Assembly: GCA_035646575.1 (NCBI GenBank)
Contig: DASRPB010000018.1
Location: 1 to 33,087, forward strand
Length of the DNA stretch: 33,087 bases
Source: Minisyncoccota bacterium
GTDB taxonomy: Bacteria; Patescibacteriota; Minisyncoccia; UBA6257
Direction of reading: 5' to 3'
Of this stretch, positions 1 through 7,853 are shown piece after piece. Within the stretch, counting starts at the first letter, position 1, and every line of letters begins with the position of its first letter. The position numbers were made by a program, and so were the translations under genes. The notes under the pieces were generated by a model. That model had not been told where the DNA came from, did not search any database, and was given only the letters and a program-made list of their open reading frames with translations.

Positions 1-86
1 TTAATCCTAAAAGAAACCCCTTGAAGAGCTGGGGTTTCAACAGAATCATTGCGATAAATCTTTTTAAGATTTTCTATTTCGATCAT
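1..86 (-). CDS. ABC transporter ATP-binding protein (MacB/LolD-like), N-terminal fragment; the gene runs off the left edge
   Basis: Not in the ORF track. My minus-strand translation from the ATG at 84-86 gives MIEIENLKKIYRNDSVETPALQGVSFRI..., a typical ABC ATPase start. It begins 7 nt after the TGA of the upstream HlyD-family gene. Confidence 0.55.
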   Translation of the reverse strand, partial: MIEIENLKKIYRNDSVETPALQGVSFRI

Positions 87-93
87 AAAATTA

Positions 94-1665
94 TCATTTT
101 TTGATAAAAGTAATTACTTCATCACCTTCTTTTAATCCAGATATTATCTCAATATTTCCATCATAGGCTACTAATCCTGTTTCAACTTCAATTTCTTGAA
201 AGGTCTCATTAACAGGAACTTTTACCATGCTCTTGCCGTCTTTTTCTGTCACAGCTCTCCTTGGAATAATTAAAACATCTTCTTTTGAATCAGTAACAAT
301 AATAATATTAGCGGTCATCCCCGACTTAATATTAGTATCCTTAGTATCAATTGTACTTTTTACTTTATAATAAACTACGCCATCAGCTATAGTCTCAGCA
401 GAATCAATATGTACTATTTCTCCAAGAAACTCTTTTCTAGGAAAAGCATCTAAAGTTATCAAAACCTTATCCCCTATCTTAACTTTAGAAACGTCAACTT
501 CAGAAATATATGTCTTAATCTGTAATCCTTTTTCTGCCATAATACTAATCACTGGAGTATTTGCCAATACTACCTCACCTTTTTTTATTTCTTTTTTAAC
601 TATAAAACCATCAATGGGAGCTCGAATAATCGTTTTTTCAATTAATGCATAAGCATTAACTATTGCGGCATCAGCATATGCTACCCTTGCCTCTTGTGAA
701 GTGATCTGTTCATAAGTAGAACCAGCTAATAAAAGATCAAACTCATCTTGTATTTTTTTAACTAATAAACTTTGAGAAGAAATATTTTGTTCTAAATTAT
801 TAATATTAGTTATCGCAGTGTTAATAAGATTCCTACCATCATTTGTATTTGTTCTATGAATATCAATATTTGGATTACTATAGGAGCAATCTGCTAATAA
901 AACACTGTTTAACTTTCCAAAAAAATCTTTGAAAAAAGTCAAATATTCTCTAGCATTTTTGATTTCCAGATTTAATTCTTCTTCAGTATATTCAAAATTA
1001 AGTTTATTTAATTCATTCTTCCATTGCTTGAGCTTTCTCTCTGATTCTAAACGTAGATATCCAACATCTGAAGTTATTTCATTAGGTACGCAAGAATCAA
1101 AATTTAATACATAACTATTTGCAGCCTCTGCCCCCAAAAAAACATCTTTAATATCTATTTTTATTGCCTCTTCAGATTTAGCATAAGAATCATCTAAAAT
1201 ATTAAAAATATCAAGATAATAATTATCCAAATCTTGTTGAGCCTTTGCCAATTCTGTTTCTTTTATATTTATTGTTTCTTGTCTGGTTCCTTTATTTAGT
1301 TCATCTAATTTTGCTTTTTCAATCTCTAAATTAGCTTTTGATTGATTCAATTGAGACCATAAATCATTATTTTCCAAACTAGCTAAAATTTGTCCTTTTT
1401 TTACCACATCTCCAGTTTCAATTAAAGCTTGAGATACATTTCCTGTAGCCCTAAAAGATAAATCTATATCTTCAATAGCTTCTATTTTACCTGTAACTGA
1501 AACTTCTTCTCTTATTGACCCTTTTTCAACTATTGCTAAGTTATATTCTGATTCTTTATTCCCTTTAAAAAAGAAAAAACCAATGATCAATAGAATAATA
1601 GCTCCAGCAATGATAATAATCCGTTTTTTAATAAGCTGTTTATATATATTTTTAAGAATATTCAT
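94..1665 (-). CDS. HlyD/MacA-family efflux transporter periplasmic adaptor subunit with an unusually long alpha-helical segment
   Basis: N-terminal membrane anchor (IIIIAGAIILLIIGFFFF). Lipoyl-like motifs (VKKGQILASLEN, IRAPIDGFIV). Long heptad-like K/E/L/N-rich middle and a beta-rich C-terminus. An ABC ATPase start follows directly. Confidence 0.8.
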   Translation of the reverse strand: MNILKNIYKQLIKKRIIIIAGAIILLIIGFFFFKGNKESEYNLAIVEKGSIREEVSVTGKIEAIEDIDLSFRATGNVSQALIETGDVVKKGQILASLENNDLWSQLNQSKANLEIEKAKLDELNKGTRQETINIKETELAKAQQDLDNYYLDIFNILDDSYAKSEEAIKIDIKDVFLGAEAANSYVLNFDSCVPNEITSDVGYLRLESERKLKQWKNELNKLNFEYTEEELNLEIKNAREYLTFFKDFFGKLNSVLLADCSYSNPNIDIHRTNTNDGRNLINTAITNINNLEQNISSQSLLVKKIQDEFDLLLAGSTYEQITSQEARVAYADAAIVNAYALIEKTIIRAPIDGFIVKKEIKKGEVVLANTPVISIMAEKGLQIKTYISEVDVSKVKIGDKVLITLDAFPRKEFLGEIVHIDSAETIADGVVYYKVKSTIDTKDTNIKSGMTANIIIVTDSKEDVLIIPRRAVTEKDGKSMVKVPVNETFQEIEVETGLVAYDGNIEIISGLKEGDEVITFIKK

Positions 1666-1682
1666 GGTATTTTTGTTTTAAA

Positions 1683-1711
1683 ACTATATCATAAAAAGAT
1701 AAAAACGGCAA
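1683..1711 (-). promoter_or_regulatory. Possible sigma-70-type promoter for the HlyD/ABC operon
   Basis: Minus strand reads TTGCCG (1706-1711), a 17-nt spacer, then TATAGT (1683-1688), about 18 nt upstream of the ATG at 1665. AT-rich background makes chance matches likely. Confidence 0.3.
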
Positions 1712-1715
1712 TTTT

Positions 1716-1761
1716 AAAACCGCTTGTCCAGTTACACTTATGTAACTTTTCAAGCGGTTTT
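1716..1761. terminator. Rho-independent terminator hairpin, bidirectional in form (A-run / stem / T-run)
   Basis: aaaaccgcttg (1716-1726) pairs with caagcggtttt (1751-1761). There is an inner stem gttaca/tgtaac (1731-1736 / 1741-1746). U-runs follow the stem in either orientation. It lies between the 80-aa gene region and the HlyD gene. Confidence 0.7.
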
Positions 1762-1882
1762 CTTATCTTATTTTATCCAAATTACCAAAAAAAAGGAAAT
1801 AGTCATTAATAATGATATCCAAACAAATGTCCATAAATCTGGTACTATCATTTTTTCACCTTCTTTCATAAGATTCTTTTAA

Positions 1883-2125
1883 TTAATAAATTTCATTCAA
1901 ATCATATAGTTTTCCTCTGGGACCTATTGCTATTTTTATTCCTTCTGGTAATTGAATTACAACAAAAATATTATGGTCCTTTGCGTTTTTTGTATACTGA
2001 AAACCTTCTAATAATTCCCCGCTTTTTTTTACTTTATCTCTTTCATTTAAAGGTCCAAATTCTTTTTCAACAAATCTTCCTACTATTTTTAATGTCTTAG
2101 ATAATTTTTTACCAGAATTTCTCAT
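1883..2125 (-). CDS. Hypothetical small protein (80 aa), family not recognised
   Basis: ORF preceded by a strong Shine-Dalgarno sequence (TAAGGAGAGAGAAAAATG on the minus strand) and its own near-consensus promoter. No motif I can assign. Confidence 0.65.
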   Translation of the reverse strand: MRNSGKKLSKTLKIVGRFVEKEFGPLNERDKVKKSGELLEGFQYTKNAKDHNIFVVIQLPEGIKIAIGPRGKLYDLNEIY

Positions 2126-2188
2126 TTTTCTCTCTCCTTATATTTTTTTATTTTTGAAATTTTCAAGAGTGCTAAGTAAGGTAACTTG

Positions 2189-2217
2189 ATTATACCACTA
2201 ATAACTTTATCGGTCAA
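2189..2217 (-). promoter_or_regulatory. Near-consensus sigma-70 promoter driving the 80-aa gene
   Basis: Minus strand reads TTGACC (2212-2217), a 17-nt spacer, then TATAAT (2189-2194). It sits immediately downstream of the rpsI terminator and about 60 nt upstream of the ATG at 2125. Confidence 0.6.
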
Positions 2218-2220
2218 TAG

Positions 2221-2244
2221 AAAAAGCACCTGATTAACAGGTGC
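2221..2244 (-). terminator. Rho-independent terminator after rpsI
   Basis: GC-rich 7-bp stem gcacctg (2226-2232) / caggtgc (2238-2244) with a 5-nt loop. On the minus strand it is followed by TTTTT (2221-2225). It lies 25 nt downstream of the rpsI stop. Confidence 0.7.
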
Positions 2245-2269
2245 CTCTATCAAGAGTAAATGATTAAAT

Positions 2270-2764
2270 TTAACGTTTTGACCACTGTGCAGCCTTTCTA
2301 GCTTTTTTCAAACCATATTTCTTTCTTTCAACAATACGAGCATCACGCGTCAAAAATCCTGCTTTTCTCAATACAGGTCTTAATTTTTCATCTATTTTCA
2401 CTAAACAACGACTAATTCCTAATCTAATCGCTTCTGTTTGGCCTGTAATTCCTCCCCCATTTGTTTTTACTGAAACAAAAAAACTATTCTCTAAATTAGT
2501 TACACGAAAAGGATCTAATATCTTTCTATGGCAATCTTGCAAAGAAAAATATTCTTCCATTGTTTTTCCATTAACAATAAAACCTGGCTTATCTTTAATA
2601 AGCCTTACGCGAGCTACAGCTTCTTTTCTTCTACCAATAGCTTCAATATACTTTTTTTTCTCTTCCTTTTTTACTACTTCCTTCACTTCTTCCTTTACTA
2701 CTTTCTTCGTTTCTTTCTTTATTACTGTAGTTTTTTTAATTTTTTTCTCTTTTTTAACTGCCAT
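2270..2764 (-). CDS. rpsI: 30S ribosomal protein S9 with a Lys/Glu-rich N-terminal extension
   Basis: C-terminal part is classic S9 (GRRKEAVARV..., GGGITGQ..AIRLGISR, ending KKARKAAQWSKR). It follows rplM as in the conserved rplM-rpsI pair. Confidence 0.95.
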   Translation of the reverse strand: MAVKKEKKIKKTTVIKKETKKVVKEEVKEVVKKEEKKKYIEAIGRRKEAVARVRLIKDKPGFIVNGKTMEEYFSLQDCHRKILDPFRVTNLENSFFVSVKTNGGGITGQTEAIRLGISRCLVKIDEKLRPVLRKAGFLTRDARIVERKKYGLKKARKAAQWSKR

Positions 2765-2784
2765 ACCTTACAAATTTTTAATTT

Positions 2785-3156
2785 TTAGTTTTTTAATAAA
2801 TGTATTTCTAATCTTTTTAATCTTTTGTCTCGAAGTTTGTTTTTAGGCAACATACCTCTAACTGCCATCCTTAAAACTTTTTCCGGGTCTTTTTCCCACA
2901 TATCAGATAATTTTGTTTCCCTTAAATGACCTATGTAACCAGTATGTTTATAGTAAATCTTTGTCCTTAATTTTGTCTCTTTAAAAGGCTTTATTTTACT
3001 AAGATTTTCTATTACAACAGAAGTCTCTCCAACTTTATTTGGAGCATATTCAGGTTTATGTTTATCTTGAAGCACCATAGCAATTCTAGATGCCATTCTT
3101 CCTAAAGATTGCCCTTCAGCGTCTATTGTAACAATATTTTTATCTTCTTTTTCCAT
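2785..3156 (-). CDS. rplM: 50S ribosomal protein L13 (short form)
   Basis: IDAEGQSLGRMASRIAMVL..KHKPEYAPN and AVRGMLPKNKL motifs. Position upstream of rpsI. Confidence 0.9.
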   Translation of the reverse strand: MEKEDKNIVTIDAEGQSLGRMASRIAMVLQDKHKPEYAPNKVGETSVVIENLSKIKPFKETKLRTKIYYKHTGYIGHLRETKLSDMWEKDPEKVLRMAVRGMLPKNKLRDKRLKRLEIHLLKN

Positions 3157-3534
3157 TTATTCTTTGTTTATTATTTCCGATTCTTTAACAAATTCTAATA
3201 TTACCAAAGGAGAAGCATCCCTAACCTTTCTTATTGAAGTTTTAATGATTCTTGTATATCCACCTTTTCTGTCTTTATACAATGGAGCAATTTCATAATA
3301 TAATTTATTAGCTGCTTTTTCTGGTAAATTTTCTTTAACTCTTCTCAGCGCAACTAAGTTTTGTTTTTTAGCAATAGTTATTAACTTCTCTACTTTACTT
3401 TTTGTTTCCTTAGCTTTTTCTGAAGTAGTTTTAATTCTTTCCTTTAATATTAAATTAGCGGCTAACCCTTTTAAAAGTGCTTTCCGTTGATCTCTTTTTC
3501 TATGAAATTTCTTTCCTTTTTTTAAATGCTTCAT
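3157..3534 (-). CDS. rplQ: 50S ribosomal protein L17
   Basis: KFHRKRDQRKALLKGLAANLI..ERIKTT..KAKE and GGYTRI motifs. Follows rpoA. Confidence 0.93.
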   Translation of the reverse strand: MKHLKKGKKFHRKRDQRKALLKGLAANLILKERIKTTSEKAKETKSKVEKLITIAKKQNLVALRRVKENLPEKAANKLYYEIAPLYKDRKGGYTRIIKTSIRKVRDASPLVILEFVKESEIINKE

Positions 3535-3539
3535 CTAAT

Positions 3540-4460
3540 TTACTTTAATGTATATTTTAAATTCTTCAAAATTGCTTTTACTTCTTTTAGGGATTTGTCA
3601 CCTAAACCATCTATTGTTGATAAAGTTTCTTCACTATATCTCAATAAGCCAGCTAAACTCTTAATACCATTATTTATTAAGGCTTTTTTTGTTCGAGACC
3701 CTAAATCTAAATCCTCAATAAGAATATCTTTTGGTTCTTTATCTTCTTTTTTTAATTTTTTTTCTTTTTTTACTTCCGGAAGAAATTGCTCTTCAATATT
3801 AGTAAAATGATCTTTCAAAATTACAGATGCTTTATTTAAAGCTTCTTCTGGAGAAACAGATCCATCGGTTTCAATAGAAAAGACCAAACGGTTGTAATCA
3901 GTTTTTTCCCCAACCCTCATGTCTTCTACCTGAAAATTAACTTTTTGAATCGGAGAAAAAATAGCATCAACAGCAATAGTACCTATTGGAATTTTTTCCT
4001 CTTTACGTTCCTCTATTTGTGAATAACCTAGCCCTTTTTCCACAATCACTTCTATTTCTATTTTTCCTTTTTTATCTGTAATTTCTGTAATATATAAATC
4101 CGGATTCATTATATCCACCATTGAATTATTTTCAAAGTCCTTGGCATATATTTTCTTCTCGTCATTAACTTTTAATTTTAAAACCTGAGGTTCATTACTG
4201 TGCAATTTTATTCTTAATTGCTTTAGATTTAGCATTATATCCAAAACTGTATCAGCAACATGATCAATGGTAGAAAATTCATGATGAACACCTTTAATTT
4301 TAAAAGATGTTACTGCTGAGCCTTCTATAGAAGAAAGAAGAACTCTTCTTAAAGCATTGCCAATAGTTACCCCATAACCAGGATATAATCCATCGATCTG
4401 AAATTTCCCATAGTTTTTTTCTTGCTCAACAATTTTTATTGAAGAAGGTAAATGGAACAT
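3540..4460 (-). CDS. rpoA: DNA-directed RNA polymerase subunit alpha
   Basis: N-terminal GYGVTIGNALRRVLLSSI motif, and a C-terminal helix-hairpin-helix alpha-CTD (LDLGSRTKKALINNGIKSLAGLL). Canonical rpsD-rpoA-rplQ order. Confidence 0.95.
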   Translation of the reverse strand: MFHLPSSIKIVEQEKNYGKFQIDGLYPGYGVTIGNALRRVLLSSIEGSAVTSFKIKGVHHEFSTIDHVADTVLDIMLNLKQLRIKLHSNEPQVLKLKVNDEKKIYAKDFENNSMVDIMNPDLYITEITDKKGKIEIEVIVEKGLGYSQIEERKEEKIPIGTIAVDAIFSPIQKVNFQVEDMRVGEKTDYNRLVFSIETDGSVSPEEALNKASVILKDHFTNIEEQFLPEVKKEKKLKKEDKEPKDILIEDLDLGSRTKKALINNGIKSLAGLLRYSEETLSTIDGLGDKSLKEVKAILKNLKYTLK

Positions 4461-4485
4461 AGTACAAAAATTTTAAATTATTTTT

Positions 4486-5103
4486 TTATCTACTATAAAG
4501 TTCTACAATTGAAGAAAAATCAAAGGGTAATTGTAATTCTTCTAAATTAGGGTCTGCCATAACCTCCCCTTCCATCTTAGTTAAATCTAATTTGAGATGC
4601 TTTGTAGGAGTATATTTTTCCAATCTTTCTTTAATATCTTTAAAAGGTACCTTACTAATACTCTGAGGTCTAATAGAGATAATATCACCTTTTTTCAAAA
4701 TTGTAGAAGGAATATCATGTTTTCGCCCATTTAAAAAGAAGTGCCCATGGTTTGATAAATGCCTAGCCATTGTTCTAGAAATTGTAAATCCTAAACGAAA
4801 CACTGTATTATCAAAACGATTCTCTACTAATTGAGCTAAAGCGTCTGGAGTAGAAATTTTCTTTTTTAATGCTATCTTAAAATATCTACGAAATTGTTTT
4901 TCTCTCATTCCATATGATAATTTCACTTTCTGTTTTTCTAATAATTGTTTTCCATATGAAGTTAATGTTTTTCTTCTTTTCCTTTTTCCTAAAACTCTAA
5001 TTCCTCTTCTTATTAAAGCACACTTAGGAGTGAAACATCTTTCTCCTTTTAAAAACAATTTTTCTCCGACTGCTCTACATTTTTTACATTTATCTTCTAA
5101 CAT
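4486..5103 (-). CDS. rpsD: 30S ribosomal protein S4
   Basis: N-terminal Cys cluster (CKKCRAVGEKLFLKGERCFTPKC), the YGKQLLEKQK motif and a C-terminal S4 RNA-binding domain. Confidence 0.95.
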   Translation of the reverse strand: MLEDKCKKCRAVGEKLFLKGERCFTPKCALIRRGIRVLGKRKRRKTLTSYGKQLLEKQKVKLSYGMREKQFRRYFKIALKKKISTPDALAQLVENRFDNTVFRLGFTISRTMARHLSNHGHFFLNGRKHDIPSTILKKGDIISIRPQSISKVPFKDIKERLEKYTPTKHLKLDLTKMEGEVMADPNLEELQLPFDFSSIVELYSR

Positions 5104-5118
5104 AATATATTTTAATTC

Positions 5119-5559
5119 TTAGACTCTTCTTACTTTTGGAGGCCGAGGACCATTATGGGGCATTGGCGTTATGTCCTTTATTAAAGTAACATCAAGGCCT
5201 TGATTAACTAAAGAACGAATTGCTGTTTCTCTTCCGCCACCGATTCCTTTTACATAAATTTCTACAGCTTTTAATCCAACTTTTTTTACTTTTTCCATTA
5301 CAGTTGCTACTACTTTTGATGCAGCAAAAGCAGTGGCTTTCTTAGGACCTCTAAAACCTAGAGATCCGGCTGAAGACCACGCAACAAGATCACCTTTTAA
5401 ATCAGTAATTGATACTGTTGTGTTATTATAGGAAACACGAATATAAGCTCTTCCAACTTCTAAATGTTTCTTAGGAGAGCCTTTGGCTTTACCAGAAGAT
5501 GCCTTCTGCTTAGTTTTAGTATCTTCACCTGATTTAGTAATAACTCGCTTTTTACCCAT
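5119..5559 (-). CDS. rpsK: 30S ribosomal protein S11
   Basis: NNTTVSITDLKGDLVAWSSAG..GFRGPKKATAFAA and GGGRETAIRSL motifs. Confidence 0.95.
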   Translation of the reverse strand: MGKKRVITKSGEDTKTKQKASSGKAKGSPKKHLEVGRAYIRVSYNNTTVSITDLKGDLVAWSSAGSLGFRGPKKATAFAASKVVATVMEKVKKVGLKAVEIYVKGIGGGRETAIRSLVNQGLDVTLIKDITPMPHNGPRPPKVRRV

Positions 5560-5583
5560 ATCTCAAATTTAATATTATTAATC

Positions 5584-5976
5584 TTACTTTGCTGTTGGGG
5601 CTTTCTTTTTACCAGAACTAACTGTTCTTCGTACGTTTCCCCTAACTGTACGAGAGTTTGTTTTTGTCCTCTGCCCTCTCGATGGCAATCTTCTTGTATG
5701 TCTTACTCCGCGATAAGAGCTAACATCTATAAGGCGTTTTATATTTGCCCTTAGGTCTCTTCTTAAATCGCCCTCTGTTTTTATCTTGTTTTTTTCTATT
5801 AATTCTTTTAAAACATTCAATTCGGGAGTACTTAGGTCTTTTGTTTTCTTTCTAAAATCAATATTAGCTTCTTTTAAAAGCTTTTCAGATAAAGAACGTC
5901 CTATTCCATAAATATATGTAAGGGCGATGTTTATACTTTTATCATCTGGAATATTTATACCTAAGAATCGAGCCAT
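5584..5976 (-). CDS. rpsM: 30S ribosomal protein S13
   Basis: MARFLGINIP....ALTYIYGIGRS and YRGVRHRR-like (YRGVRHTRRLPSRGQRTKTN) motifs. Confidence 0.95.
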   Translation of the reverse strand: MARFLGINIPDDKSINIALTYIYGIGRSLSEKLLKEANIDFRKKTKDLSTPELNVLKELIEKNKIKTEGDLRRDLRANIKRLIDVSSYRGVRHTRRLPSRGQRTKTNSRTVRGNVRRTVSSGKKKAPTAK

Positions 5977-6024
5977 TAAATTAATTTATCTTTTAAAATT
6001 AGTGAATAAGAAAACATTCAAATA

Positions 6025-6138
6025 TTAACCTTGACGTTGTTTATGTTTAGGAGTTGAACAAATAACATATACGCGACCTTTTCGTCGTACTATTTTACAA
6101 TTCCTACAAATTTTTTTTACTGATGCTCTGACTTTCAT
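6025..6138 (-). CDS. rpmJ: 50S ribosomal protein L36
   Basis: Absent from the ORF track because it is too short. My translation is [37 protein letters not shown] (37 aa), the canonical L36 zinc-ribbon sequence, located between infA and rpsM. Confidence 0.93.
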   Translation of the reverse strand: MKVRASVKKICRNCKIVRRKGRVYVICSTPKHKQRQG

Positions 6139-6156
6139 ATTTAAAATATAATCGGT

Positions 6157-6393
6157 TTACAGCCGATACACAATGCGACCACGGCTAGAATCATAAGGTG
6201 ATTGTTCTACTACGACTCTATCACCTGGAAGAATTTTAATGTGGTGAAGACGAAGCTTACCAGCTAAATGAGCTAATATTTCATTATCTTCTCCGTCCAA
6301 ACGCACCTTAAACACTGCATTTCGCAAAGACTCAATTACAGCTCCTTCTTTACGGCTAGCTTCCTTACGTTCGATTTCTTTTTTCTGTTCCAT
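6157..6393 (-). CDS. infA: Translation initiation factor IF-1
   Basis: S1-like fold motifs [16 protein letters not shown].....[36 protein letters not shown]. Confidence 0.95.
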   Translation of the reverse strand: MEQKKEIERKEASRKEGAVIESLRNAVFKVRLDGEDNEILAHLAGKLRLHHIKILPGDRVVVEQSPYDSSRGRIVYRL

Positions 6394-6425
6394 AAAGCGT
6401 TATTAGTTTATCAAAATAACTAGTT

Positions 6426-7814
6426 TTAGTCAATAAAAAAATTAATTTTCTTCAAAGACTTGGGTACTCGTTTTATCCATAACGGCCAAAGCTTTACTTC
6501 AACTTCTTTTATGCCAGGATTACTCTCAAAAATTTTATCTAATTCTCCTCTGCTTTTACCAACAATGGTTTGTTTTATTTCATCTAAAGATAATTTATGA
6601 CATACCATTTGATTTGTTTTAATCAACATTTTTAATGTACCATCATCAAAATCAGTTTTAAATTCTAAATATTCTAATTCTGGTTTTTGACAGTATTCAT
6701 AATTTTCATCTTTATCTTCATCCAACATTGCTTGTATGTACTCAATAATATCATTTTCATTAAATGCAATTATATTAACTTCTCCTTCAGCACTTACAGT
6801 AAATTTTTCTCTGGAATCGTCTATTTCAGCATCACTATCAACATTAGTAATCTTTATGCCACTTTTTGCCTCTGATAAAACTTTTAATTCTTTAGGAATT
6901 TTATTTTGCAAATCTTGCTCGATAGAACCCATAACTGTTTCAAGAATTATTTCCTCTGCATTTTTTAAATCCCCTGATGTTACCAAAGGAACAGAACCAA
7001 AACTTCCACCAGTCATTTCTTTAGTAGAAACACCATAAAAACCATTAAACTTTGATTCCCCTTCTCCAAGTAATCCTGGAATAGTAAATTTACAATCAGG
7101 TAAATTACAAGCATCAATATTATAATCTGGTCCTGCTTCGTCAGCAGTAACCTTTACATCAATAGTGGATGGTATAAGTTTTCCATTTTTAGTACTAGCA
7201 CCAGGAACAACAATACGAGAATCTAAACGGAATATTTTATGATCCGGATTTTCAAAACGTGTTGTAGCAACTAATATCTGAGGAGAAGTAGAATAATTAT
7301 TATAAATTGTGATTATACCCTTAGCTTCTCTTTCATCTTTACCTTGACCAGTACTAGAAAATTCTTGAGTTTTATCTGCTTTAAAAACAAACAGATTTCC
7401 AGGAAGAACAGCTTGACTAAAATTTGTTGCAAAAACATTTCTATCAACTAATATAGTTCCTGAAAAAGGCATTTCTATCTTCTTCGTAGTAATATTAACT
7501 TCTGCTTTAGCTAATAAAACAAATCCTAAATAATAAAAAAGAACTAAAGCAAAAAATACGCCTAAAAGAATTTTAAATTTTTTGTCTACTGTTTTCTCCT
7601 TTTTAATCCATTTTTCTCTAAAAGAAGGAACAGCTACTGTGATATTTTCCTCATTTTTAGTATCTTCTATCTTTCTTTCTATTTTTACTTTATTAATAAA
7701 ACGAATTGGAATTTCTTCCGTTTCAATTTGTTTTTGACCAGACGAATAATTATTTAATTCATGAGGCGCAAAAATATCTTTAACTTTTCTTTTCTTTTTT
7801 TGAGAATTTTCCAT
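6426..7814 (-). CDS. Hypothetical single-pass membrane-anchored protein with a large extracytoplasmic domain
   Basis: Basic N-terminus, one hydrophobic helix (FKILLGVFFALVLFYYLGFVLLA), then about 370 aa of beta-rich sequence (AKGIITIYNNYS..QILVATTRF). From memory this pattern resembles proteins labelled baseplate-J-like in CPR genomes, which I cannot verify. Confidence 0.6.
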   Translation of the reverse strand: MENSQKKKRKVKDIFAPHELNNYSSGQKQIETEEIPIRFINKVKIERKIEDTKNEENITVAVPSFREKWIKKEKTVDKKFKILLGVFFALVLFYYLGFVLLAKAEVNITTKKIEMPFSGTILVDRNVFATNFSQAVLPGNLFVFKADKTQEFSSTGQGKDEREAKGIITIYNNYSTSPQILVATTRFENPDHKIFRLDSRIVVPGASTKNGKLIPSTIDVKVTADEAGPDYNIDACNLPDCKFTIPGLLGEGESKFNGFYGVSTKEMTGGSFGSVPLVTSGDLKNAEEIILETVMGSIEQDLQNKIPKELKVLSEAKSGIKITNVDSDAEIDDSREKFTVSAEGEVNIIAFNENDIIEYIQAMLDEDKDENYEYCQKPELEYLEFKTDFDDGTLKMLIKTNQMVCHKLSLDEIKQTIVGKSRGELDKIFESNPGIKEVEVKLWPLWIKRVPKSLKKINFFID

Positions 7815-7853
7815 TATTATATATTATTTTTTAGTATATCATAAAAAAACAAC

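Noticed and set aside
2528-2788. Plus-strand Phe/Leu-rich ORFs (also 3526-3810, 12147-12356, 929-1114, 6687-7038, 13070-13252, 14142-14357, 16964-17146, 18677-18865, 24728-24940, 27550-27738, 27899-28105, 28777-29202, 31620-31877, 32608-32826)
   Set aside because: They are antisense shadows of well-supported minus-strand genes. They have low-complexity F/L/S-rich composition, as expected from reading Lys/Glu-rich codons backwards, and no motifs.
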